A DNA stretch of 64,000 nt from Camelus dromedarius (Eukaryota). A model generated the notes under the pieces. The model saw only the letters and a program-made list of their open reading frames with translations. It was not told the origin of the DNA and did not search any database. This document shows, in pieces, positions 12,800-25,740 of this stretch; within the stretch, counting starts at the first letter, position 1, and each line of letters begins with the position of its first letter. Location of the stretch: positions 58,034,001 through 58,098,000 of the forward strand of contig NC_087436.1 of assembly GCF_036321535.1 (NCBI RefSeq), read 5' to 3'. The position numbers were made by a program, and so were the translations under genes.

Positions 12800-13858
12800 C
12801 AAACATTAAATGTCATGTAACACTGGATTGCTTCACATAACCAAAGTTCCCAAGCAAAGTTAGCTTATTTGCATTCTGACAGACAACATTAATAGTTTCC
12901 AATAAGAGTAAGAGAGGAAATACCTATTTTACCCTGTAGGATAATAAGAGGCAAGATATAATTACTTAAGAACATGCGTGAGAATGCTTTTAGGTTGCTT
13001 TGCAAAAAATCGTTTCAATGTCATGTTTTTGATTTCTTTAAAACTCTGCTGGTAGTCTGAATGCCCACAGAAAAGTACCCTTACATTAGTGTTTTAATAT
13101 TCAGGTCTGTGATCCTGCCCAAGATAAACCTGGACGACTAGTTTAGTTCTATCTTCTCTCTTTTTGCAATGACTCCTGCAAACTAGCTCAAAATCAGTCT
13201 TTGGTTCTGGCCCTGACCTCTGAAACTTCCTATTTCCATGTTCCAAGAATAACTTATAAATGAGGTGATATTATCAGGGCTACTTGGTAGCTGAAAATAG
13301 CCCCACATTCATAATCATAAGCTACACTATGACAGGACTTATGAGGCAGGTTGAACTGAGAGATATTTTTACCAAGGTGCTTTAGGAAGTTCTCCTGGCT
13401 TTCTGAGATTCCTTACATCCTTACTGAATGACAGACCACTGGAACCCCTGGAATTCCTCACATTGCTTTAGATTAATCTCTTTATAAAACTTGCTACTCT
13501 TCAATTATGCCTAGACTGAAACACACAGAATCTGCTGGCAAATTTTCAGATGGAACTATATAACAGCTATAAAAAATGGTACAAAAATATTTGTAGAATC
13601 AGAAGAGTTATTTTTCTCCTTAAACTGAGTGCAACCTTAGTCTACTTAAAGCCAGGATGTCCAAGGTGTCAGGTACTGACTACAGCTCTCAAGAGAAGGC
13701 CCATTGAGAGGCGAAGTTCTCAAGATAGCAGGTCCTAAATTATATCCACAAAAGAGTGGATCACATAAAACATTTGGTAGCAGGACTTTTAAGGTCACTA
13801 AAATTCCATGATAACAAGTGCTCATAACAAAGAATTCCACAACCTCCCTTTCATCTCC
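12800..13858 (-). pseudogene. Large pseudo-exon with about two TIR-like units
   Basis: ttttag| acceptor opens 70 stop-free codons. Then DSTNIFVPFF (13600-13571), KICQQ, FISYSW (13260-13243), VQVYL, RVLFCGHSDYQQS, YILPLIIL and LLGNFGYV in order across frameshifts. Confidence 0.55.
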
Positions 13859-15668
13859 CTAAAATATCTAAAAGATATAAGATAAATTAGTTCTCTTTCT
13901 CTCCTGTCCTCCCTTCTCTTATCTCTTATCTCTCTCCCTCTCCTCTCTAGTCTTGTGCTGCAGTTTTTTTGTCTTACGAATTTTCAGAAGTCTATTGTTA
14001 AAAGTTCAGTTGATGGATGTATTATGCCTTTGAATGATAAAGCTTTTGGCCAGTGGACTGTCAACTCCACAAGAGCAGTGACCTCGACTGTTAACCATGG
14101 CCCCCAATACCTAAAACAAGACCTAAAGCTTGACAGGTGCTAAAGAAACACTATCAGGAACAAGGGAAGGGAGGGAGGAACAAAAATAAGGAAGAAAAGA
14201 TTTGAATTACAAAACATTCATGATTAAATGCCAGAAAATAGTAATGTATTTTATAGGCTTCCCTTTAAAGAATCATTGAGCCAAAGCTTAGCATGGGTGC
14301 CAGAAAATGGAGAGAGAACAGAAACTGTCCTCTGTCAAGAGCAGAGGTGTTACATATGTAGTACTAAATGTCTTCCAAATTTGTGTTTGATTTGAAGATG
14401 AAAATGCCCTGCACGCTTCTCCAGCTGTGTTCCCTTCCAGCACTGGGACACACAGTGCTCTCAAGAGCAGCTGTCAGTTCATGGGCAGTTTTAGGTGCAT
14501 CTCTAAGAAACAGCAACCTTGTACATGAATAACACATGTGTTTTCCTGGCCATGCCCTCCCAGTAAATTCTCACAGTTATTTTTTTCTTAACAGTGGGCA
14601 GAAGAAGTGAGGGAATTTTTTTTAAAACAACTTTTCCAATAATTCACTTTTTGTCATATAAATAATCTGATAGCTTTCATTACACATTTGAAAATGTTAA
14701 TGAACAGTGGTCTCTTCTGTAAAATAATTATACATAATTTGGTATTCTTATTTTATTATTTTTCTTGTTTTTCTAATATAGCAGATTTCATTAACCCTAC
14801 TTCCTCATCCTGAAATATAAACACTGTATCTTTTAAAAGATGACTTGTTTTTAGCATGAAAGAATACCTAGGACATTGGTACTTTATATGTTTTTTTATT
14901 TATAGCTATAGAGGGATATTTTAAAAAGCAAACATTGCTTAGTAGTATCACAACCACAATATAGAAATTGCTTGTAGTTTTAAAATATATTACTATATAG
15001 TGCCAATAAAAAGGAAAAAAATAATCCATATTATCTAAGAAGTCACGTTTTGAAATATTCAGTTTACTTTCAAATTCAATATCAATACTTTAGTGAGTCT
15101 ACTATATTAAAATATTAGTAAAAATGTATTTATAAAATATATAGAAATAAAAATATATTAAAATGTATTACATCTCACAGAGAAAGGAGTAGGTTTTAAT
15201 CTGAGAAAAAAATCTGAAGGTAGTAAATCTTGAATTACATCTTGAAATTGAAAGAACAGTCAAGTTTCTCTTTATTTCTATTTGCCCTTTCTTAGTTTAA
15301 AACTATGAGTTGGTGCTTCCTTGGAAAGTTCATAATTTATTTGCTCTGTGCCTCATTTTAATCATTTGTAAATGCTTCCCTCTCCACCTAATGGGAAATC
15401 AGGATGTGATATTTATGAAGATTAATAACACAATATTAATCTAAAATTTTGAGAAATTCCACTCATCTCAGTTAATCTCTTCACAAAATAAGATCACTGT
15501 ATTAGCTCATTATTCTCCGGCTCTAATTATATTTACGTGCATGAAATTTTTCCTTAAATAATGGCTTCATAATTTTTCTAGGCTTCAGAAATTGAAAGCC
15601 ACTGTTTTTCAGCTGCATCATTTATATGTGTTATTGTTACTGGGGATTCTCTAGGTGGGAGCAGAGAG

Positions 15669-15844
15669 CAGGACCAATTACATAATTTTCAAGGCCTACT
15701 TAGAAATAAAAACGAGGACCTCTTGATTAAAGACTATTAAGAAGTTCAAGACTATAATAGCAGAGCACAAAATCAGATATGGGGCCTCCTAAATGTGGAG
15801 TTCAGTGAGACTGCACAGGTCAAATACACCTGAAACCAGCCCTG
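15669..15844 (-). mobile_element. Full-length MER45A-like hAT element with 8-bp TSD
   Basis: Ends CAGG...CCTG, 176 bp. Perfect TSD gcagagag at 15661-15668 and 15845-15852. Confidence 0.85.
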
Positions 15845-16319
15845 GCAGAGAGTAAAGAAGAAGCAAAGAAAAGGACAGCTGGGAAGACGAGCGGTCATAC
15901 CACACAGCTCTCCTGTGGGCAGCAAGATGCTACTGAAGTTGATACGACTATATGAATGGGTGCTTTATTCACAAATTATATGACAGAACTGTGGAAGTTT
16001 AAATGGATTTATGAGTTTTCCCTTCAATATTTATAAATGACTTAGTAATAAGGACTCTGTGTCTATCAGCAGTGCTAGTCATTTGACAGTTGCCTAGTAT
16101 GTACCCTTTAGTTGGTGGTTCAGGCTGAAACATTTCAGGGGTCCCAGAGAATACATCACTCTTAAAATGGAAGTGAAGAGCATCTGAGCTAGGGTTTGGA
16201 TACAATTCCATACAGAAGTGAAGAAACAAAAATAATGACAGAAAATAATAAATGCAACATAATGAAAATAAGATTATGTCATCCATCATAAAGCCAAAAT
16301 TCTATGCACCATCTTCAGT

Positions 16320-17830
16320 CATTCTGAAAGTAGTTTTTTAAGCATCAACCACATACTCCCTCTGTATTCTCAGGAGAAACTACAATGAACAATAGAGATT
16401 CAATCTGTTGCCCTCATGAATCATATACCCTCACGGGAAGGGTGCAGAATAGGAGACAAGTGATGAACAAATAAATAAGCAGAATAAGTGTTCACCAAGT
16501 GGTGAAAATATTATGGAGAAAAAGAAAGCATGAAAGGAAGAAAAAAAAATGTCCTGGAGTCAGGTGGGAATTGTTATTTTACATAGGTGCTAAGGAGGGT
16601 CTCACTCATAGACTCCATTGGAGCAGAATCCCGAAGAAGAGAAGAGCTATGTGGATGGCTGGAAGCAGACAAAGTAAAACAGAAGGTGTAAAAGTTCCGG
16701 GATAGGATGGTACTCGGCTTGCTGCAGGAACAGCTAGGAAGCTTCTACGCTAGAATGTTAAGATCGAATGAGAGAGTACTGGCTGATAAAAGATCAAAAA
16801 GCTAAAAAAGGCAAACCACTTACGTGATCTTGAAGGTATCCTGAAGGCATTTTATAAATTGTGCCTGTTACTCAGAGTGGAAAGTGAAGCCATTGGAATA
16901 TTCAGGGCAGATGACTGAGAGATCTGACTTACATCTCAAAGAGTTTCTTCTGGTTGTCATGTTTTGTTTTGTTTTTTTAAAGACTAGTAGGGCAGGATAG
17001 ATGAAAAAAGAACAGTTAATAGTCTACTGCTTTCATTCAGGAAAAAGAAAATGGAATCTTGGATCAGGAAATTAGACATGGAGGTTTGGGAAATAATCAG
17101 ATTCTGGGTGAGATTGTAAAAGCTCCGTGATATGGATATGGAATATGAAGACGAAGAAAAGTCTAGGATAACTAAGAAATTTTGTCTGAGCAAGCAGTAG
17201 GAAGTAGCTACCTTTGCTGAAATTGAAGTGAGAGGACCAAGCTTAAAGGGTTCAGTTTAGGACTTCAACAGTTTAGATTTAAAGTAAGCATGTGGAGATT
17301 TAGAATAGGCAGTTAAACATATGAGTGTGGAGTCTGGGGGGTCGTGGCTGAGACTGGCATTGTAAACATAAGATTCATCAGTATACGATGGTACTGAAAG
17401 CTGTAAGAGTGAATTCTCTTTAGAGATGAGTTTAGGTAAAGAACATGCCAGTGCTGAGAGGTCAGGGAGTTGAGGGGAAACAAGGAAAGGTGATGAGAAA
17501 GAGAAATCAGGTAAAAGAAAACTGGGAGAGAGTGGGCCAACGATACCAGTTAAACAAAAAAAGGCGGGGGGAGGGGATATGAAGGAGGAAGAGATCAACC
17601 AACCAGTTCAAATATTTCAGGTAATTAAGATGAGGACTGCAAATTGACCACTGGATTGAACAACATAAAAACAGTGATGACTTGGAAAGATTAGTTTTGA
17701 TGGTAGACTGTGTGGAAGTATGACTGAAGTGAATTTGTAAGATGATAGAAAAGAGAATGGAAAGAATTGATATAGGTGGAAGGAGTGAAAACTGGAGTGG
17801 CAGCTCGAGAGGGATGAGGTTAAGCAAAGG
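16320..17830 (-). mobile_element. L2 LINE fragment
   Basis: Purine-rich antisense L2 pattern (aagccattgga..., gatctgacttac, gaccactggatt). Confidence 0.75.
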
Positions 17831-17936
17831 TTGAAAAATGTCTTTAATTCAAAATTCATCTGATGAAAGTTTCTCTTTCTTTGGACCCTGTAGTCCTTTT
17901 TTTTTTCCAATTGAATGGGTCACAAAATCCTCAAAT

Positions 17937-18495
17937 TGTCACAATATGGTATATCCCAAGATTGGGATGTTACCAAGATGGTTTTAAGGTTCCTCTCAGC
18001 TAGACTGAACTTTAGATAGATTTCTTCCTGACTATAGGCACCCAATCTCTTTTTTCTTAGTGTTAACTTTAGAATATTTGCAATTATAAATTCTTCTCTG
18101 CTCCTTTGAGATATTAATCTTCTCCCAATAACTTGCCAGTTTTGCAACACAAGAATGTCTTTCTCAAAGACCTGGGAACCATCCCTTTAAATTGTAATAA
18201 AGCAAAAAAAGATAAGAGCCCCATCTCCCAGTCCCTGGGAATATAGGAGACTAACTTCCATAAGCACCAATCAGCAAACACAGATGGCCTAATCACATTG
18301 ACCAACCTCCCTACTAACATCCTCAAGTACTTTTCCACTATTCACCCCAGTGTTTACAAATTCTTTAGCCTTTTGTTTCAGCAGAGTTGACTTCAGTCTC
18401 TCCTTCCTACTGCAACAGTCTTGACCCCAATTGTAAAACACCTGAATAAAGTCTTCCTTAACTGTTTAACTCTGTCTCACAATTTTTCTTTTAAA
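17937..18495 (+). mobile_element. Solo ERV1 LTR (MER89-like)
   Basis: Starts TGTCACA. agcaaacacagatggcctaatcacattgaccaacc, then AATAAA gtcttcctt near the end. Confidence 0.7.
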
Positions 18496-18499
18496 AATC

Positions 18500-19300
18500 T
18501 CTCCCTGACTTCCACATCCAGTTGTCTACTTAGTCTATTACAATTATGTCTTTAAAAAAACCCATCAAAACATAATCAAACAGAAACATAGGACTCTTAA
18601 TTTCCTACTCCTCCCTCTGCCAAACCTCTTATTTCCATTTACCCCAAGGGTTGCCCAAGTCCTAAACCCTAGAAATCATCAGAGAAAGTATCTTTATCTC
18701 ATAGCCACATTCAATCCGTCAACAAGTGCAGTTGGTTCTGCTTTTAAAGTGATTTTCTTTGCATATCCACTTCTCTCACAGTAGTCCAAGGTTCCATGGT
18801 CTGTCTTGTAAAACATGATAAAACATGTCCCTCCTCTTTATAAAAACCTTATAAAACATGTCCCTCCTCCTTTAAAAGGCTCCATCTTTTGCATCTCTCC
18901 CCAGTCTCATTTCCTACTGTCCTGGGCATGCACTCACTCTCTTCCAGCAGTGTTCATGTTGCTGTTCCGTGGACACACTAAGCATTCCCCTGCCTCTGTC
19001 ATCCCTGACCCTTCTGGAGGAATTCACTTTGTTCCTTCAAGATTCTGCTCCAAATACCTCCTCTAAAGACTCCATCAAAACTAACACTGCCTGTCACTAC
19101 CTGGCATTATCTTTGATATATTTATGTGTTTATTAGTGATCCCATCTTTCTCATCACATTCATCCTCACCACATTCTTCCTCACCACTTATGCATCATGA
19201 GCCTATGGGCTTTGTCAAATTTATTCACTGTTCTCATGCCCAAAGTGGTACTTGGTAAATTCTGTGTATTAAATGAATATTTGTTGGATGAATAAATGAA
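18500..19300 (+). mobile_element. L2 3' fragment
   Basis: L2 sense pattern ending gaatatttgttggatgaataaatgaa. Confidence 0.6.
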
Positions 19301-19977
19301 GAAAGAGCCTGACTCTCTTTTTTCTAAAAGAAGAGTATGTAACAAAAATTCTTCCAAGTGTGGATTAGGTGTACTATATGGGCTTTTTGTCCTTGTGATT
19401 TCCTACTTGCCAAATGAAGAACAGAGCTAACCAAACTTAAAAACATTTATCGATATTACTGTTTTAATGTTGCTGATAAAATAGTACCTTAGATAACTTA
19501 GATCTGGATTAGAATCTTCCATTCTTATTAATAGGTATGTGTTGTGTTCCTGGAGTTACTGCATTAACAACCTGCCATGGAAAAATAAAAACTGTTCCCT
19601 AAGTTTTAAAATTTGTTCTTCAGTTCTTTCTTTTAACAAAGTAAGCTATCACGTATGTTTAAGTATATTGTTATCTACCCTCAATAAGAGAATTTGAAGA
19701 TAGAAAAATGTTTATTAAGCTCTGAATCTCATTGTAAAAATCAGTGAATGTTTGAGAATTTATCTGTTCTTCCCCTTATCTCCAGAAATAAGATAATAAT
19801 ATATGAATGTGTTCTGAATCGCTGAGCCTTTTCACTGTGAAACTACAACGCTATTAGGAAAGAGTAATTAAATTTGCCTGCAGATACCCTCTTTAAAGCC
19901 CAGGAGAAAGAGAGCTGTTTATACGTATCCAACTACTTAGTATACTCATCCTTTGCCCAGTGATACACAGTACTTAC

Positions 19978-20045
19978 TTGAACTTTATTTTCTAAGCATG
20001 CTATGAAGTTGTACTATCCCACCTCAATGTTCTCTTCAATGCTTC
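19978..20045 (-). pseudogene. Candidate small (pseudo-)exon
   Basis: Perfect TACTAAC branch point (plus-strand GTTAGTA 20062-20068), cacaaag| acceptor, CAA|gtaagt donor, 68 nt. Weak pyrimidine tract. Confidence 0.25.
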
Positions 20046-20782
20046 CTTTGTGAATGTTAGCGTTAGTAATGAAATGTGAAATATAGAGTGTCCAACTGTT
20101 ATAAATTAATGAATTAAACTAAGACATTGGGCACACTGACCGTAAGAATTTATATGACTGTTCTAACCTCTGATAAATAGCTAATAACGACATTCCAAAT
20201 AAATAGTAGCCAGATGAAAACAAATAAATCACCACTACAACAAAAGCCCCACTGCCCTATATATAGTTCCAGAAGAACTGAAAAATGATTTTATATGTAA
20301 AACGAACAAACAAAAAATGTTGACTGCATTCCTCAGTTGATTTGCCAAGAGGCAATTTTCTTACTCTCCCTTTTTCTTCATTTCAATTCTGAATAACATC
20401 TGCACTTCACATCTGTACAAACATCCTTTCCATTTTCATGACCTGCCTATTCTTGGTGTCACTTAGTAAAAATGGTAAGTTTTCAGGTCATTGACTTTCT
20501 TTGTATTTCCAAACAGTATGCAAGTTAAAACATGCGCAGTGCAAGTGTAAAATTATAAATGAATGAAAAAAATTACAAATTTCATTTGGTCTTGGCCAGT
20601 AGTACCAAACATAAAAATTTGAATACAATTTCCTATATTCTTTTAAAAACTTTTAGAAAGTCCATTTTTAAGTTTAGATATTCATAATAAGCTTTGTCCA
20701 GCATAAAACACCTAAGATGCCAATCAGGCAAAGATGAGTGATGGCTGGAGGATTAATTTTCAAGCGCTTACTTAGAATGCTG

Positions 20783-20786
<4 letters not shown>

Positions 20787-20847
<61 letters not shown>
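20787..20847. repeat. (AC)30 microsatellite
   Basis: Read directly from the sequence. Confidence 0.97.
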
Positions 20848-20850
<3 letters not shown>

Positions 20851-22771
20851 TGCAACTCTGTTTTGAATACCCTTTTCTCCACCATTCTATTTCTGTAATA
20901 TCAAAGTAAATCTCAAAGTACTTGTGGACTAAAATATAATGGAACTGATTTTCAAACTTTAAAATACACTTGGCCAGTTTAGAAATACATCATAAAATGG
21001 CAGATATTTCTGGTGATAAGAAATAAAGTCAAGCCTGGGATACCAGGGTGTTTCACGTGTAAAGTATACGTACTTAGTTCTGTACAGATGAGACATGTTT
21101 ATCTTCAAATAGAACAGTTATTTCCTAATGATCCATATGTTGTCCTGTGCTTAAAGTAGACTGTGAGGCCAAATGTTCCCTATAAATCATTTTATAATGA
21201 GCTTAATGTGTAAAAAAAATAACATCAAGCTACAAAGCAAACCTCAGAAAGCATTTGAATAAAGCAGAAACAGATTATAAATAAAACCATAAATCCCTGT
21301 TAAATACTAATTGATTATAACTGATGAAAGGGAAGATAGTAACTACGGACAAAGAGGGAGAAAAGCTACTTTCTCTTCACAGTTTGCTAGTCAAAAACAT
21401 GTGTTACTTCCTTGCTGTTACACTGCTTCCCTTAATGAAAGGCAGTTAGAATACAGAATGGATTTTTTAAATGAATTTTATTCACTTTCCTTTCTTTTCA
21501 CTTTATTTTGAGTAATGAATATGTTTACAAACACAATTACAAATTGAGATATTAATTTTTTCCAAATTAACATGGATCCAGATCTATAAATCTAAATGGA
21601 ACTTCTCTTTAAATAAATAATATTTTAATTTGGAGAGGTGGCAGTTAACACTGGAATACACATAAAAATTGAATGCAGAATAACTTGATAAAGATCATGT
21701 TTCACATTTCAGTAGATACTTGCTTATCTACTTCCTCCTATGGGAGGGTTGTTAGAACCATGTTACTTAGTGAAAATGCTTGTATTTAAAGTTTATTTCT
21801 GACTTTTTTTAACCTACTTTGCTACAAAATTAGTTTGGTTTGGTCCCAATGTTAGAAACTTTAAAATTAATATATTTTAATATTATAGCTGGTAAATGGT
21901 GCAAATTCAACCACCTAAAACAATGACGTGCATACATACAAATCCTACCTGGTATCGGCAGGCTTAAATTACTTAAATCCATTTTAAGCAAAGATTTGTG
22001 CCACTCCTAGCTGACAACTAGGAAACTCTATTTTGTGATGAGAAAAATGTAAGTGGGACAAACAAAACACATCTACAGGTTGAAGGGGATACTCAGTTAT
22101 ATGGACCCACATTGCTAGCTAATCTCACTAATTAATTCCACAATAGGGCATAGAGCCTGCAGTACATCAGGGAGCTAGTAAATATGTTAAATACAGCTAA
22201 TATTTAATCCCGAAGAATATAATGAAGCATAAACTGAAATGGTGCTCAGCATAAACTTACATAGAGAGTTTTCATTGTTTCCTCTCTCTTACAGAGATGT
22301 ACTCTCTGAGAACTCAAATATTTCCAAATGCTTGTGTAGCCTTGGATTAAAATTCTCTCCCTCCTTCCTTCATTTTTTTCTCTTTCTCTCTTTCCTTCTC
22401 TCCTTTTCTTTTTTTCCCTCCTTCCCTCCTCTTATCAACAATTATTTACTGAAGGCATACTGTCTGCTAAGTTTGTGATGAAGAGCACACTATCATTAAG
22501 CAATACACTCTAAATACACTTGTAGGATATGGGTCCAATAGAGCTAATGGCCATTTTAGTTATTTCTCAGCATCACAGAGATAAAATAGAGCCTCACTCA
22601 CCTTTTTACTCTCTTCCACTTTCTCTTCTTGTTTCATTAAAGTATAGAATATTTAACGTCTACGGACAAACGGATAATGCTATATTAATGTAATCCTTAT
22701 ACTTTTATTTCAATGTGTTAGTAGATATCAGAAATAACGAGAAGAAGGAATTAATGGTAACTAAGGTACTC

Positions 22772-22888
22772 TTTTAAATTGAGGCTTAATTTACATATAA
22801 CAATATACACAGATCTTAAGTGTTCAGTTCATTAATTATGACAATTACATCTGCCATTGAAATCACTGCTCCAATCAAACTATAGAAC
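22772..22888 (-). mobile_element. Old L1M 3' end fragment
   Basis: attgaggcttaatttacatataac...cacagatcttaagtg. Confidence 0.6.
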
Positions 22889-23989
22889 CAAAGAACCTTA
22901 ACAAACTTAGTGTGAAACACACGCGTTTTGCAATGTTTAAAATCTGTTTTCTGAAAATGTTCATGCTTTATGCTAAACTATTAAGTTTTAAAATTTGTAA
23001 TAAATTATATAGGCAAATTTTCTTAACTTTAGAAGGGAATGTTAAATCCCCAGAACTCGAGAAATTTATAGCTAAGTAACCTTATGTATTTTTTAAAGTT
23101 CTCATAATAAAATTTACAATATACGTATATAACTAATGCCCTGGGACCTCTACGAATCAAGAGCATCCCTTGGCATTATCCCTGTAAATCTACTGCATAC
23201 TCATGAACAGAAATTGCTAGGCATTTGTCTCCCAGAAAGAGTCAGGTCTCATTTGAATAGATCCGGTTTGCTTAACACATTTTGGAATCTCATTAAAGAA
23301 GACTTACGGAACTAAAATGATCTTAGTAGGTCTTGAAAGTATGGCATTTATAAAAAGAAATGACAAGTTTTCAATTAATGAGGCACAGAATAGAATTCTG
23401 AGCCGGGCTTTTCATTCTATTTTGCACTAATAGGATCACTTTAGGTAAAAGATTTAATTGAAATGGTTTGTAAACTGTTTCTGATAGAAAGTTTCCCTTT
23501 TTCCCCACTAGAAAATGAGCTGCTAGAAGAAACTCAGAGGGGAAAAAAAAACAGACTAATGCTTTTTAGCATTTTATTCTGTTTCAGTGAACTATAGAAA
23601 GTTTTATACAGTTAAAGCTTTTTGAGTGCTATAAAAACACAATTATAGTTAGACTACTATTCCTTAGTTTAGAATAAGATAAATATATTTGAATTTAAAA
23701 AATTTTTATTTTACCATCTACTTCTCTACATCCAAGAAGCAAAAGTACCATACATCATATTGTCATATACTATTAACTCATTTGACTTATGGAGAGTAAA
23801 AGTAGCTCAGTGTAAGATATTTGGGGCAACTATATCACTGTCTTGATCCCCACTTCAAGGCATATACCACTGCTTTTTAAGGTTTAGGATAAACTATTAA
23901 AAATTATAGTTCATATTTGGAATGTTCTTTACTTCTCTTTTTAAAATTTCCAATTTTAACACCTTGTCAGAAAAGACCACACTATTAGC

Positions 23990-24232
23990 CCTACTAGAAT
24001 TTCCACTGAGAGTACTAGTAAAAATGTTCTACAAGGAAAGGATATGTGGGTAAATGACTTGAGAAATACTGAAATTAAACACATTTCCTTACTGTCAGCT
24101 TTCTTCAGATTTTTGATGGCCTATTGGATACCTCTAAGAGATGAATATCTTATGCAGTTTTCCCCCAAATATTTCATTACTGACTTCTCTTTTTCTTGGA
24201 ATAGTTATTAGCATTTGGAGAAACACTTTCAT
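23990..24232. mobile_element. MER103-like hAT element
   Basis: ccttactgtcagctttcttcag...atgcagttttcccccaaat...gaaacacttt resembles MER103. Confidence 0.5.
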
Positions 24233-24432
24233 ACAAAATATCATTCAGGAAATTGTAAGCAACAATATATCAACAGCAATGCTAAAACAGCTGTTTCTAC
24301 ACACTAACTAACGGTTGCTCTCCAAAGATACATTACACACATACATACATATACACACACCTTCACACTTAGGTATAATTTGGGGACATACAATTTAATC
24401 CCTTAATTAAATTTTCTTAAAAGGAGGCACTG

Positions 24433-24623
24433 GGTGGGAAAGGGGTACAGCTCAGTGGTGAAGTGAGTGCTTAGCATGCTTGAGGTCCTGGGTTCAATCT
24501 CAGTATTTATTAACAATAAATAAATAAATAAATAAACAAACAAACAAACAAACAAACAAACAAACCTAATTACTTCCCTTCCCCCACAACCTGCCTCTAA
24601 AATACTAGTAGAATTTTTTTTAA
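24433..24623 (+). mobile_element. tRNA-derived SINE (camelid Vic-1-like) with 14-bp TSD
   Basis: Box A-like cagctcagtgg, box B ggttcaatctc (24491-24501), (TAAA)n(CAAA)n then cctaattac. TSD aaaaggaggcactg at 24419-24432 and 24624-24637. Confidence 0.88.
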
Positions 24624-24799
24624 AAAAGGAGGCACTGTTTCATTATTTACGCCTAAATAGTATCAATGTATTCTGTTAGCTTTTCTGTTTGATTGTGGTT
24701 GTGTGATGACATATTATTGAGTATTAAAAATATGGTTTAAAAATATTAAACTCTCAACTGAAAAAAATACTAGAAATGAAAACTATTTTAAATGATCAT

Positions 24800-25740
24800 T
24801 TGGAGGAAATATTGCCTAACTCATAACAGGAAAAAAGTACATTACTTTATAAATAGCTTTTAAAATCAGTAAGCAGAGTTAAGCAAAATAAGAAAAATGA
24901 ATAAAATACTTGAAGCAACAGTTAATAACAAAGGAAATACAAATTGTTTATAGACAGATATTTAAAGACAGTTTAAAACAAGATAAATTTTTTGAAATTA
25001 CCATGTTGGCAAAGGGTAAATTTCGACACAATGTTATGAAAGCATTTTGATTCAGAAATTTTAGACGATAATCCAGAAATATCTGTCAAATTTTTAAATG
25101 CACTATTTCTTTGACTAGGTATTTTTTTTATTAAAAATGTACTCCTGGAAAATTTTGGAAAGGTTATGGTCTAACACATTCAACACATTGTTCATAATAG
25201 CAAGCATGCAAATAGCCAAGACAACGCTCCCCCCTAAAAAAAAATCCCTAAATGTACAGCAATAGATGACTGGAAAAAATAAATTATGGAGCATCTATAA
25301 AACAGACTAAATTTATAGAAGAATAAGAATCTACTAGAGTTGTTATGAAATAAAAATTTTAAATCATATATTTGGTGTATTAAAAAGGATAAGCTGTCTC
25401 CTCTCTATATATCCATATATGAATATATAAATATATATATAAATTCACATATACAAGTACAAGCATATATTTAAGCAAACATATGCATTTATCTGTGTAC
25501 ATATACATATATACATACATATACATACTTGTCTGCATACATACACACATATACACATACACTTTGTTGTATATTTGCTTTAGCATTCACATATAATTTA
25601 TGGGAAGATACATAAATTTCTGCAGAGTGGGAATAATGATGTTGCAGTGAAGGAAATGTTCTCTATATTTCTGTACTGCTTGTAGTACAGAAGTACAGTA
25701 CTTTATAAATATGTACTATCATATATAAAACAATATAAAG
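24800..25740 (+). mobile_element. Old L1ME-type fragment with TA/CA-rich tract
   Basis: cattgttcataatagca...cctaaatgtacagcaatagatgactgg...aataaattatgg. Confidence 0.6.

Noticed and set aside
16320..19300. Inverted L2 pair as a dsRNA substrate
   Set aside because: The copies are too diverged for stable pairing.
5265..22920. Shared 13-mer acttagtgtgaaa near 5.27 kb and 22.9 kb
   Set aside because: Matches of this length are expected by chance in 64 kb of AT-rich DNA.
24433..24510. tRNA gene
   Set aside because: The A/B boxes belong to a SINE with a TSD and tail; no cloverleaf.
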